A DNA stretch of 64,000 bases from an uncultured Clostridia bacterium (GTDB lineage Bacteria; Bacillota; Clostridia; Christensenellales; UBA1242), in assembly GCA_947630745.1 (NCBI GenBank), contig CANRIT010000002.1:36474-100473 (forward strand), in the 5' to 3' direction. How positions within the stretch are numbered: position 1 is the first letter of the stretch; each line of letters starts with the position of its first letter. Positions 49,480 through 59,413 of the stretch are shown piece by piece. The translations under genes were made by a program, and so were the position numbers. A model generated the notes under the pieces. The model was not told where the DNA came from. It did no database searches and worked only from the letters and a program-made list of their open reading frames with translations.

Positions 49480-50994
49480 TCAATAGTTTGTATACTCACA
49501 ATCTAATTCCAGCCCCGAAATAATGTTTTTGAAACCCACAAAAAATTGCATATAGTTATCGTTTTCAATATCGACAATTGAAATTCCTCCTCTAGTTGTC
49601 AGTCTGGAATCTATATATTTGTGATTGCCCAAATATATTCCGCAATGCCCAGGATAATAATTTTCGTCTGATACAAAATTTTCTTTTTTTGATTGCCTAT
49701 GAAAAAACAAAATATCTCCAATCTTGCAATTTGTATCAATAAAATTAATTTTTCGTTTTAATGTAGAAGTTTCATCAATAACGTTTGGAATATTGCCCAA
49801 ATCTGCTGTAAAAATTTTTCCCGTCCAACTTTTCCCGTATCCGCCTTTGATAATATCAAGACCAAAAAAATTATAGTAAAGCCTATAAACAAACGTGGCA
49901 CAATCAAGTTTGCAAATTTCTTTATCCCTGCCTTTGTGCGAAATATAATTTTGTATATATTCGTAGAATGATAATCTTTTATCCCATTCATCCGCTGATT
50001 TGATAGAAACATCAAACTTTTGCATAAAAAGATTTTCTCTATCTTTAAAATTATCAATAGTTGCGTCAATTTGTGATTCGTCTAATCCAATATTTTGCAA
50101 TGCAGTTTTAATTTGGCTTAAATTTATTTGCTTGCAATACTTTAATTTCATAATTGTTTCAGCATCGGTTATATTAAAAAATTTACCAAAGTATTCCAAA
50201 TCTGATTGAGTCGGCTTTCTTGAATAATAAATGCTTTGAAAATCGTTCATTTCTATTATTGTGTCATCATTCCAAAGTTTTATCAAAATCTTATTTATGT
50301 CAGTCATTGGCAATGCCAACATATTTAAATTCCACGCATTTTTATATTGAAAATCAGCACAATCCATTCTTGGATCGCAATAATATAGGCCACAAATATC
50401 ATATTTTTTATCAATTAACAAAACCAAACAATTTGCATGGTTAACAACTTTTCCATTTGCATCTTTAGCCAAACATCCTTGAACTGCACACTGAATACCT
50501 AATTTTTCACACAACCTCTTTAATATTGTGCCATAACCTACGCAAACACAGAATTTATTAATTAAAACATCAACATAGCTTCTGCACGCTTGAAAAGAAG
50601 AGCCAGTTGGGGCGAAACGATAATGGAGCTTTGTGGCAAAATGATACGCGCAAATAAACGATTCAAACGGCGACAAATTTTTGGATTTTATATTTTGAAC
50701 AAAATCATCCAGCCAATTTTCCACCACCAAATAATCGCATAACTTCCAAACCCCGCCAAACCAATTTGAATCTTGCACATAAACATTATTGCAATTATCA
50801 AATTGTTTTAAAATTTTAATTTGATCGTTAGAGACATTGCAATCGGTAACATCTATGATTGTTCCTTCTTCTAGATTTTTTATATTATTTATTTCATTAA
50901 TTTTAATAAAAGTATTGAATTTACACCTCTTATTTATGCTATTATACCATCCAATTTTCTTTTTGTCAATATAAAAAATTAACAAATTAAACAA
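49480..50994 (-). CDS. Transglutaminase-like plus NlpC/P60 two-domain protein (start uncertain)
   Basis: CVCVGY...HANC...YCDP; C-terminal LDCATFV...GDILFF...GHCGIYLGN. Confidence 0.7.
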   Translation of the reverse strand: MFNLLIFYIDKKKIGWYNSINKRCKFNTFIKINEINNIKNLEEGTIIDVTDCNVSNDQIKILKQFDNCNNVYVQDSNWFGGVWKLCDYLVVENWLDDFVQNIKSKNLSPFESFICAYHFATKLHYRFAPTGSSFQACRSYVDVLINKFCVCVGYGTILKRLCEKLGIQCAVQGCLAKDANGKVVNHANCLVLLIDKKYDICGLYYCDPRMDCADFQYKNAWNLNMLALPMTDINKILIKLWNDDTIIEMNDFQSIYYSRKPTQSDLEYFGKFFNITDAETIMKLKYCKQINLSQIKTALQNIGLDESQIDATIDNFKDRENLFMQKFDVSIKSADEWDKRLSFYEYIQNYISHKGRDKEICKLDCATFVYRLYYNFFGLDIIKGGYGKSWTGKIFTADLGNIPNVIDETSTLKRKINFIDTNCKIGDILFFHRQSKKENFVSDENYYPGHCGIYLGNHKYIDSRLTTRGGISIVDIENDNYMQFFVGFKNIISGLELDCEYTNY

Positions 50995-51059
50995 GTAAAA
51001 GGCGTCACTTTATTGACAAAATGTTAAAAATATGGTAGAATAATGGTATTGGAGGGGAT

Positions 51060-51686
51060 ATGGAACAATCTGGTATTGCAAGAAGGCATGATGATAGAAT
51101 AAGAAAAATTTCCGGTGACTTAACCGATGACCAAGTGGAGGAATTTTATACAAAAATTTCTAAGCACATTGAAGCTCATGGTGTGGACGCAAAGGTTGTG
51201 GAACTTTTAAACAAACTAAATTGTCAGCCGGGGCGAACTGAACTGGTTAATAGACTGCAAAATTTTGTGTTTGAGCGCGACAATATGGAAGATATTTGCA
51301 ATTTTGCTTTTGTTCATTACTCAGGTTTAGAAAAAGCAGCAGATATAATTATAAAAACCCGTGACGGCAAATTAATTTGTAAACTGGCGAACGCGATAGC
51401 CTCGCAAAACATCGGCAACAAAAAATATGAAAAAGAGCTTACAGAAAAATTGCAAACCGCTTTGTTTGAACTGGATGACATTGCACATCTTTGCGCATTT
51501 GCAACATGTATGAAATTTGCGGACAAGCGCAAGATTCAAAAATTGGTTGTGGAAACAAAAAATGTAAAATTAATAAAATTGTTTGCAGACCAAGTTGAAG
51601 GGGTTAACAAAAAGAAATTGTACAAAATTTGTGACCGTTTGCTTGCGGAAGAAGTTTCACCAAAAACCACCAATTCCAATATTTAG
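51060..51686 (+). CDS. Hypothetical helical repeat protein
   Basis: GGAGG RBS; degenerate repeats ICNFAF/ICKLAN/LCAFAT/IKLFAD. Confidence 0.7.
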   Translation: MEQSGIARRHDDRIRKISGDLTDDQVEEFYTKISKHIEAHGVDAKVVELLNKLNCQPGRTELVNRLQNFVFERDNMEDICNFAFVHYSGLEKAADIIIKTRDGKLICKLANAIASQNIGNKKYEKELTEKLQTALFELDDIAHLCAFATCMKFADKRKIQKLVVETKNVKLIKLFADQVEGVNKKKLYKICDRLLAEEVSPKTTNSNI

Positions 51687-51823
51687 GCATAAAAGTGCGA
51701 CAAGCACTTTTTTTATATTTTTTGTGTTTAAATTTAGATTTTTTAAAAATGTAGTTTAATTTGTTACACTTTTTTAAATTTGGTGATATAATTAATGTGC
51801 AAAAAAGTTTAAAGGAGAATTAT

Positions 51824-53107
51824 ATGCAAAATTTTAAAACTGTCCCTATCACACTTGTAACTGGCTATTTAGGCAGCGGCAAAACCACCCTACTCAACCA
51901 CATATTGAAAAACACGTCTGGTTACAAAGTTGCGGTTATTGTTAACGATATTGGCGAAGTTAACATTGATGCCGACCTTATTGAAAAAGGCGGTGTGGTT
52001 GGCAAAAAAGAAGAAAGCCTAGTCGCGCTTCAAAACGGCTGCATTTGCTGCACGTTAAGAAAGGATTTGATTGAACAGATACACGAAATTATCAAGCAAA
52101 AGCGTTTTGACCACATAATTATTGAAGCGAGCGGCATTTGTGAGCCTATTCCAATTGCACAAACCATCAACTTTTTAACCGAAAGTTTCAAGCAAAAGCA
52201 CATGCCAATTTTTTGCAAGTTGGACGCGATTGTGTCTGTGGTTGACTGCCTTAGAATGGTGCAAGAATTTGGCTGCGGGGATGAGCTTACCAAGCAAGAT
52301 ATTGGCGATGAAGATATAGAAAATTTGGTTATTCAGCAGATTGAATTTTGCGACATTTTGATTTTAAATAAAGTTAGTGAAATAAGTGCAAAACAACTTA
52401 GTCAACTTAGGCGAATAATCAAAAATTTGCAGCCAAAAGCCAAGATTATTGAAGCGGATTATTCCAATGTTGAACTTAGCGAAATTTTGGACACAAATCT
52501 GTTTGATATGGATAATGTGCTTTCTTCCGCTGGCTGGTATCAAGAGATTGAAAAAGACATTTATGGCGAAGATAACCACGATGAAGATGACGAAGATGAA
52601 GATGATGAAGATGACGACCATGACCATGATGAACATGATGATGAGCATGAAGAACACAAACATCACCACCACGATGAAGACGATGACGAGCATGAGCATC
52701 ACGAGCATGGGCATCACCACCATCATCACGAAAGCGGGGAAACTGAAGAATATGGCATTGGCACATTTGTGTACTATCGCCGCGCGCCATTTGACCGCTT
52801 GAAGTTTGAAGACTGGGCGCAAAAGGATTATGGCAAACAAATTATCCGCACAAAAGGGTTAGTATATTTTGCCGACCAGCGCGATATGAGTTATATTTAC
52901 GAACAAGCGGGCAAGCAAAAGGTGTTGACTGAAAATGGTCCATGGTATGCCACCCTGCCAAGATACCAAATTGAACAACTACTGCTTAATGACGAAAAGT
53001 TTAGGCACGATTGGGATTCGGTTTACGGCGACCGCATGATTAAACTTGTGTTTATCGGTCAAAAGATAGACAAAAAACAAATAACCGATGAGTTAGACAA
53101 AATTTAG
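51824..53107 (+). CDS. COG0523/CobW-family G3E GTPase metallochaperone with a His/Asp/Glu-rich insert
   Basis: TGYLGSGKTT, VNDIGEVNID, NGCICC, IEASG, LNK, RTKG, CobW_C domain. Confidence 0.95.
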   Translation: MQNFKTVPITLVTGYLGSGKTTLLNHILKNTSGYKVAVIVNDIGEVNIDADLIEKGGVVGKKEESLVALQNGCICCTLRKDLIEQIHEIIKQKRFDHIIIEASGICEPIPIAQTINFLTESFKQKHMPIFCKLDAIVSVVDCLRMVQEFGCGDELTKQDIGDEDIENLVIQQIEFCDILILNKVSEISAKQLSQLRRIIKNLQPKAKIIEADYSNVELSEILDTNLFDMDNVLSSAGWYQEIEKDIYGEDNHDEDDEDEDDEDDDHDHDEHDDEHEEHKHHHHDEDDDEHEHHEHGHHHHHHESGETEEYGIGTFVYYRRAPFDRLKFEDWAQKDYGKQIIRTKGLVYFADQRDMSYIYEQAGKQKVLTENGPWYATLPRYQIEQLLLNDEKFRHDWDSVYGDRMIKLVFIGQKIDKKQITDELDKI

Positions 53108-53240
53108 GGTGTTATGACACTCTTTTTTGTTTTAAATATTCCGCAAATTTTATTACAAATTTTTGTTTTTTATTTTTAAAAACCCTATTGACAAATTATT
53201 TTTTGGTGTTATAATGATGTTAGCAAAAGGAGAAAATAAA

Positions 53241-53786
53241 ATGATTTACGAAGGCAAATCGTACGATATTAAAAGGGTTAACGAATACCCATATAAAGAG
53301 ATTAGCGAACTTACAGACGAAGATTTTGACAAGGATGGTTGGGCACTTTTGGGCATAAAAAGAACTGGATTTGGCGATTATTGGAACCCATATTTTAAGT
53401 TGGTATATTTCAATAAAGACAAACAAAACAACCTACTAAAATCCCCCGACTATCTGCAAGTTCTTTCGGGCGTGTATCCAAAAAAAGTAGAGCCATCCAA
53501 TTATGTTGGCGTATATGCAACGTACGAAGAAATTTTTGAGGATAAAAAGAAGTTTTTGCTCACTGCCCCATTAAGAAAGGTGTTGTTACAACAAATTGCT
53601 GACTACCCTTACAATATTTACTGCACTCCAACCAACATTTTATTGGACGACAATTTTAAAAGGTCATTAAGAAAAATTGTAGATGAATCACAAACCAAAT
53701 ATGGCTATGTTGCTCGCTTTAGAGAAGCACGCAACGCAATGATGCAAACACTAAAAAACCAAAACGAATCAACTTTAAATTTTTAA
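53241..53786 (+). CDS. Hypothetical protein
   Basis: AAAGGAG RBS before MIYEGK; upstream TTGACA..TATAAT promoter. Confidence 0.7.
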   Translation: MIYEGKSYDIKRVNEYPYKEISELTDEDFDKDGWALLGIKRTGFGDYWNPYFKLVYFNKDKQNNLLKSPDYLQVLSGVYPKKVEPSNYVGVYATYEEIFEDKKKFLLTAPLRKVLLQQIADYPYNIYCTPTNILLDDNFKRSLRKIVDESQTKYGYVARFREARNAMMQTLKNQNESTLNF

Positions 53787-54101
53787 AATAAAATTAAACA
53801 CGGCTTTCCCGTGTTTTTTTTATTATATTTTTGTTTTGAGAATTTTTTTTCTTTATTTTGTTTATTTTCTTTATTTTACTTTTTGCGGGGCAAAAAGTAA
53901 CAAAAGACCAAGTCAAAAATTAAAATACTAATTTAAAAAACTTAATATAAAAACATTTTATTTTTTTTAAAAAGTCGTGCAAATTTAAACAATTTTAAAA
54001 TTTTTTAATAAAAAACTATAAAAATCATTAAAAAATTCACCAAAACGGTGAATTTTTTATTTAAATTATAAAAACGCTGTAAATTTGTTTTTTGATTGTT
54101 T

Positions 54102-54692
54102 TTAAATAATGAATTCGCGACCATCTTCATAGATTGTGTAAGAAGGATTTTTATGTTTAAGACGGTCTCTTTGATATACAAATCCATAGCGTTCATAGCC
54201 ATCTCTCTCTAAAATTATACCTTCCTCCATACTAGTAATAGCATCCACATTTCGTGTGTCAAAAATCTCTTGATACTCTTGTGCTTTGCTTATGTATTGC
54301 TGCCTTAAATCATCAAAATTTGCAATGGCTTTTTTGTGTTTATTTTTAAAACGTTTTAAGTCGGTCATCCTAGCAATTAAATTAGCATTATTTAGGGTTA
54401 AGCTATGCCTGATGATAGCTTTTTCCTTCCTATACTCTTCCCTATCAGATAGCATTGTTTCAAATGCAACATTGTCAAACCAAGTAACAATTTTGTCCGC
54501 ATTTACTAATATCCCCAAACCATGCCAACTATCGCGCATATTTTGTTTAATGGCTTCAATTTCTTCTGTTCCAATATACCCCCATAAATTTGTAAGTGAT
54601 TTTTTAAGTTCAACATCATGTCTTGCGCGTTTAATAAGACAAATTGCCGCCCCTAATTTTGCGCCGTAGCATAATTCATTTTTTGTTTCCAT
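54102..54692 (-). CDS. Hypothetical protein
   Basis: 196 aa with AAGGAG RBS. Confidence 0.7.
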   Translation of the reverse strand: METKNELCYGAKLGAAICLIKRARHDVELKKSLTNLWGYIGTEEIEAIKQNMRDSWHGLGILVNADKIVTWFDNVAFETMLSDREEYRKEKAIIRHSLTLNNANLIARMTDLKRFKNKHKKAIANFDDLRQQYISKAQEYQEIFDTRNVDAITSMEEGIILERDGYERYGFVYQRDRLKHKNPSYTIYEDGREFII

Positions 54693-54884
54693 AACAATTT
54701 ACTCCTTATGTAAAGATTATACCACCTAATTTTTGTTTGTCAAGGGGGTTTAATAATTTTGTTTGCTTGTTAAAGCAAAAATTCAACATAAATTTACCAA
54801 AAGTTGGCGGATAAAGCAAAAATTTAAGCTTTTTTTATTGAAAATTTTTTAAGATATGATATAATATAACAAATTGGAGTAGAA

Positions 54885-55415
54885 ATGAAAATTATTGTTG
54901 GGCTGGGCAACCCAGACGGAAAATATGCAAAAACTTACCACAATGTTGGTTTTAGTGTGGTGGATATGTTTGCCGCGCAAAATAGGGTTAAATTCAATAA
55001 GAAAAAATGCCTTAGCGTTATTGCTGAAGGTGATGGTTTTGTTGTGTGCAAGCCACAAACCTATATGAATTTAAGCGGAGATGCGGTGAGTGAACTAAAA
55101 AAATACTACCACGCAAAAGATGAAGATATTTTGATTGTGCTTGATGACATTGACATGCCAAAAGGCAAGGTGCGTTTTAGGCTGACCGGCTCGGCTGGCA
55201 CGCACAACGGGCTTAGGGACATTGTTGCAAAAGTGGGTGCTGTTCCGCGGCTGCGCGTTGGCATTGGCCGCGATGCCAGCATGGACTTGGCGGATTATGT
55301 GCTTTCCACAATCGATTTATCAAGCCAACAAACGCTTAATGAGGCATACAAAACCGCCTGTGCGCTAATTAACAAATTTGTTTTGGGGGAACTATGCCAA
55401 GATACGACGATTTAA
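54885..55415 (+). CDS. pth: Peptidyl-tRNA hydrolase
   Basis: IVGLGNP, TYHNVGF, KPQTYMNLSG, DDIDM, GSAGTHNGL, RLRVGIG. Confidence 0.97.
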   Translation: MKIIVGLGNPDGKYAKTYHNVGFSVVDMFAAQNRVKFNKKKCLSVIAEGDGFVVCKPQTYMNLSGDAVSELKKYYHAKDEDILIVLDDIDMPKGKVRFRLTGSAGTHNGLRDIVAKVGAVPRLRVGIGRDASMDLADYVLSTIDLSSQQTLNEAYKTACALINKFVLGELCQDTTI

Positions 55416-58400
55416 CTGATACCTTACAAAAACAAACCATTTTTTGCAGCAATATTGGCTTTGGCGAACAAGGCGCGGTGCTAAGCAAACTTAAAAGCGC
55501 GCTGTACATTTGCCCAGACATTGCAACTGCAAAAAACATGCAAGCACAACTTAACGCGCTTAACAAAAAAAATGTGCTTATTGATGATTTTAACAAGCCC
55601 TTTACCCTATATAAATACACGGACAATAATTTTGCGCTTGATATAATAAATGCACTTAACAGCATTATTTTTGACGAGGCGATTGTTATTTCCACTCCGC
55701 AAATTATATATACCCCCACCCCTATTAAGCAAGAGTTTGTTGACAACACAATTTTGGTGGATAAAGCATATCCGCTTGACATTGCCACCCTTACCAAAAA
55801 GCTTGTGGATGCGGGCTATAAAAAGGTGGAATCAGTTACAAATAAGGGCGAATTTAGTGTGCGTGGCGACATTGTTGACGTTTTTAATACGATTGATTCC
55901 ACCCCTACCCGACTTGATTTTTTTGATACTGAAATTGAAGACATTTATACCTTTGATTTTTTAACCTTTGAAAAGTTGAAACATTTAAACAGTACCCGCA
56001 TCTGCCCATATACCCTAGGGGAGCATAAAAAGGCAGCGCAGATTTTAAATTTATTAAATAAGTATACAAGCAATAATTTGGTTGCAGAAATTGTTGCCGC
56101 ATTAGACAGAGGCGAAAGTTTGCCACTAGAATTTTTTGCACCAACTGGTTTTAACACGCTTTGTGATTTTGACTTGCCAATTGTTGTTGCAAACAATCTA
56201 CAATTTGAAACGATTGTAAATGCGGAGTATGAAAATATTGTTAAAAAAATTAGTCTAGTTTTTAAAGACAACAGTTTAATCAATCACTATTTAAACAACA
56301 AAACCTTTTTAAATTTGGATAATTTTTACAAAAAATACGCAAAAAACCTTGTTTTTTTTGAAAATTTTGATATTTCAACCACAAATTTAGCGTCACGGTT
56401 TAATGCAAAAAATATCGACTTTGCTTCGGTTAAATTTGATAATTACATATTTAACTTAAACAAACTTTACACTGACTTAACCCCATATTTAAACAAACAA
56501 ATATTTTTGTGTTTAGATAACGCACAAACATTATCCGCTGTTAAAAAGATTTTTGATGATACCCTTACCCCCTATACCCAAAACAAAAATGCAAAGGGTT
56601 TAATTTTAACCGAACTAAATATTCCTTACAACATTTGTTTTGCGGAGAGCGACAAGTTCTATATTGGCAGCACAAATTTCGCCCATCAAAAGCAAGTAAG
56701 TAGCACCGCAAAGCAAACGGTTAAATATCTACCAAAAGCGGGCGAATATGTTGTGCATAATGTGCATGGCATAGGCAAGTGCGAAGGAGTGGTTACCTTA
56801 ACCGTTGAAGGCGCGGCAAAAGAGTTTTTTAAAATTGATTATCGCGGCGGAATTGTTTATGTGCCAACTGAAAATGCGGATAGTTTGTCGCTTTACATGG
56901 CGGACGGCGGCGCGGTTACGCTTAATAAATTGGGCGGCAAGGAATTTTTAAATCAAAAGCTTAAAGCGATAAAAAGCATTGAAGATATGAGCCGCGAACT
57001 TATTACCCTATACGCCAAACGAAAGGCAACAAAAGGCTTTAAATACAGCGAAGATGACTATCTTTACACCCAATTTGAATCCGCCTTTAACTACACCGAA
57101 ACCGCCGACCAACTTCAAGCCATTGCGGACGTTAAGCGCGACATGACCTCGGGTAAGGTTATGGACAGGCTGATTTGTGGCGATGTTGGCTTTGGCAAAA
57201 CCGAAGTTGCAATGCGCGCGCTGTTTAAAGCGGTGGAAAATGGCAAGCAAGTGGCAATTCTTGCGCCAACAACAATACTAAGTTTGCAACACTATATGAC
57301 CGCATGTTCACGCACGGCGGACTTTGGTGTGCGCGTGGCAATGCTAAATAGATTTAAAACCGCAAGCGAGCAAAAACAGATTGTAGAAGGGTTAAAAAAT
57401 CACACAATAGATGTTGTTTGTGGCACGCACAGGCTGCTAAGCAAGGATGTAAATTTTGCCGATTTAGGCTTGCTTATTTTGGACGAGGAACAGCGTTTTG
57501 GGGTTAAGGCCAAAGAGCACATTAAAGAACTTAAAAACAGCGTGGATGTGCTAACACTTTCCGCCACCCCTATACCCCGCACCCTATCCATGGCACTTAT
57601 GACAATACGCGACATAAGCATAATAAACACCCCGCCAATAAACCGCTTGCCAATAAAGACATATGTTATATGTTTCAACATGGAAATTGTTGCAAATGCA
57701 ATTAATGACGAAATTGCGCGCGGCGGGCAGGTGCTGGTGGTGTATAACGACATTTCCAAAATTTACGCGCTTAAAGACAAGCTTGTAAAAGCCACCAACA
57801 ACGATAATGCCGTTTTTGATGTTGCGCACGGCCAGATGGGCGAAATTGAACTGGAAAACGCAATTAAACGCCTTTATGACGGGCAAACCAATGTGCTTGT
57901 GTCCACCACCCTTATTGAAAACGGAATTGATTTGCCGTTAGCCAACACGCTGATTGTTGTTGATAGCGATAAACTTGGGCTTAGCCAAATGTATCAGTTG
58001 CGCGGGCGTGTGGGCAGATCGGACAAGCAAGCCTACGCCTATTTTACCTATGATAAAGAAAAGGTTTTAAATCAAGACGCGGCAAACCGCTTGCAAGCCA
58101 TTGCTGAAAATACTGAACTGGGCAGCGGATTTAAAATTGCCATGCGCGACTTGCAGATAAGGGGCGCGGGCGAACTTTTGGGCAAGGTTCAGCACGGAAA
58201 TATGGTTAAAATCGGCTACGAAATGTACACAAAACTTTTAAACGACACGCTAAAACGCCTTAATGGTGAAAATGTTGAGATTGAGCGCGAAGTTAAAATT
58301 GAAATTAGCCTGTCAAGCCGAATTCCGTATGATTTTGTGGGCGAAGAGAGCGAACGACTTAAAATTTTGTCGCGCATTTCATCTATTGCGGACAAGGATA

Positions 58401-58708
58401 GTGCGCGCGCTGTGTTAAACGAACTGATTGTTACCTATGGCAAACTGCCAAAAGAGATTTATCAACTTACCAATGTGGCAATAATTCGTGCGCAGGCGAT
58501 TAAGCAAAAAATTAAAACTATAACCCTAAACAAAAACAACAAATCGATTGTGTTTTATGACGATGTTAATATGCAAAATTTAATTAAAAAAGTGGCAAAT
58601 TTCAAAAACTTTAAGTTTGTACAAGCGGGATTGCCAACTATTTCGATTGACGAAGATAATATTGTCACCGCGCAAAATAGTTTGATGGAATTTTTGTATA
58701 CTAAATAA
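55394..58708 (+). CDS. mfd: Transcription-repair coupling factor
   Basis: GEFSVRGDIVD, VVHNVHGIG, DRLICGDVGFGKTEVA, DEEQRFG, LSATPIPRTL, QLRGRVGRS, RDLQIRGAG. Confidence 0.96.
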   Translation: MPRYDDLTDTLQKQTIFCSNIGFGEQGAVLSKLKSALYICPDIATAKNMQAQLNALNKKNVLIDDFNKPFTLYKYTDNNFALDIINALNSIIFDEAIVISTPQIIYTPTPIKQEFVDNTILVDKAYPLDIATLTKKLVDAGYKKVESVTNKGEFSVRGDIVDVFNTIDSTPTRLDFFDTEIEDIYTFDFLTFEKLKHLNSTRICPYTLGEHKKAAQILNLLNKYTSNNLVAEIVAALDRGESLPLEFFAPTGFNTLCDFDLPIVVANNLQFETIVNAEYENIVKKISLVFKDNSLINHYLNNKTFLNLDNFYKKYAKNLVFFENFDISTTNLASRFNAKNIDFASVKFDNYIFNLNKLYTDLTPYLNKQIFLCLDNAQTLSAVKKIFDDTLTPYTQNKNAKGLILTELNIPYNICFAESDKFYIGSTNFAHQKQVSSTAKQTVKYLPKAGEYVVHNVHGIGKCEGVVTLTVEGAAKEFFKIDYRGGIVYVPTENADSLSLYMADGGAVTLNKLGGKEFLNQKLKAIKSIEDMSRELITLYAKRKATKGFKYSEDDYLYTQFESAFNYTETADQLQAIADVKRDMTSGKVMDRLICGDVGFGKTEVAMRALFKAVENGKQVAILAPTTILSLQHYMTACSRTADFGVRVAMLNRFKTASEQKQIVEGLKNHTIDVVCGTHRLLSKDVNFADLGLLILDEEQRFGVKAKEHIKELKNSVDVLTLSATPIPRTLSMALMTIRDISIINTPPINRLPIKTYVICFNMEIVANAINDEIARGGQVLVVYNDISKIYALKDKLVKATNNDNAVFDVAHGQMGEIELENAIKRLYDGQTNVLVSTTLIENGIDLPLANTLIVVDSDKLGLSQMYQLRGRVGRSDKQAYAYFTYDKEKVLNQDAANRLQAIAENTELGSGFKIAMRDLQIRGAGELLGKVQHGNMVKIGYEMYTKLLNDTLKRLNGENVEIEREVKIEISLSSRIPYDFVGEESERLKILSRISSIADKDSARAVLNELIVTYGKLPKEIYQLTNVAIIRAQAIKQKIKTITLNKNNKSIVFYDDVNMQNLIKKVANFKNFKFVQAGLPTISIDEDNIVTAQNSLMEFLYTK

Positions 58709-58768
58709 ATTGTCCTTTTTGTGGCTGAAAACAAGCAAAAGTTTGAGTGGAGTACGGCGGCTTGGCAC

Positions 58769-58893
58769 GGGGCGGGGCTGCCATGCGCCGAGCAGGCGCA
58801 TGCGGGCGAGTTGGCTCGCCCGAGCGCGCAAAACGCAGGGTTTTGCGCGCGCAGCCCCGCCCCCGCGGCGCTTGCGCGGCAGCGCGCAAGCGC
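58769..58893. other. GC-rich perfect four-way-junction structure plus an 11-bp hairpin
   Basis: Outer stem 58769-58781/58851-58863 enclosing hairpins 58782-58802, 58803-58822 and 58824-58850; further hairpin 58868-58893. Confidence 0.8.
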
Positions 58894-59413
58894 GGAGTGT
58901 TGCTTCGCAACAGAAAATATTTTTGTCCAAAATATTTTTAAGGACATTGCGCAACAAAATAAATTTGCTACGCAAAAATTATATCTAACTTGCGACTAAA
59001 TTCATTTATCAATCTTACAATAACTATTTCAAATTTTTTAAAAAACATTGTGTTATAACAAATTTCCCACACAAAAATTATGCCTACTTATAACTCAATC
59101 ATTTATCAACCTTTTTTAACCTTACTCTATAAATAAAAAAATTTGCCAAGCAAAAATTAATTTAATAACCTCACAATTACAACAAATGCAACATATTTTA
59201 AGTTGTATTTTTTATTATGTTTAATTGCGTAATTAATTTTTAATTTAAATTTGTAAAATTTTGTTGGATTTTACTGCACAAATTTAAAATTTAATTACAA
59301 AATGTATTTTTTTAAATTACAAAAGCAATTGTCTTTAATTTAGTTGATTTTTATTATAAAATAATATATAATAGTCAAAGATTATAATGGAATTTTCCTT
59401 TTAGGAGGCAATT

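Noticed and set aside
52364-52840. Met/Val/Ile-rich or Met/Thr-rich ORFs overlapping the COG0523 gene
   Set aside because: Shadow frames of the His/Asp/Glu low-complexity insert
58555-58999. Several overlapping Ala/Arg-rich ORFs on both strands
   Set aside because: Stop-free frames caused by the GC-rich palindromic element
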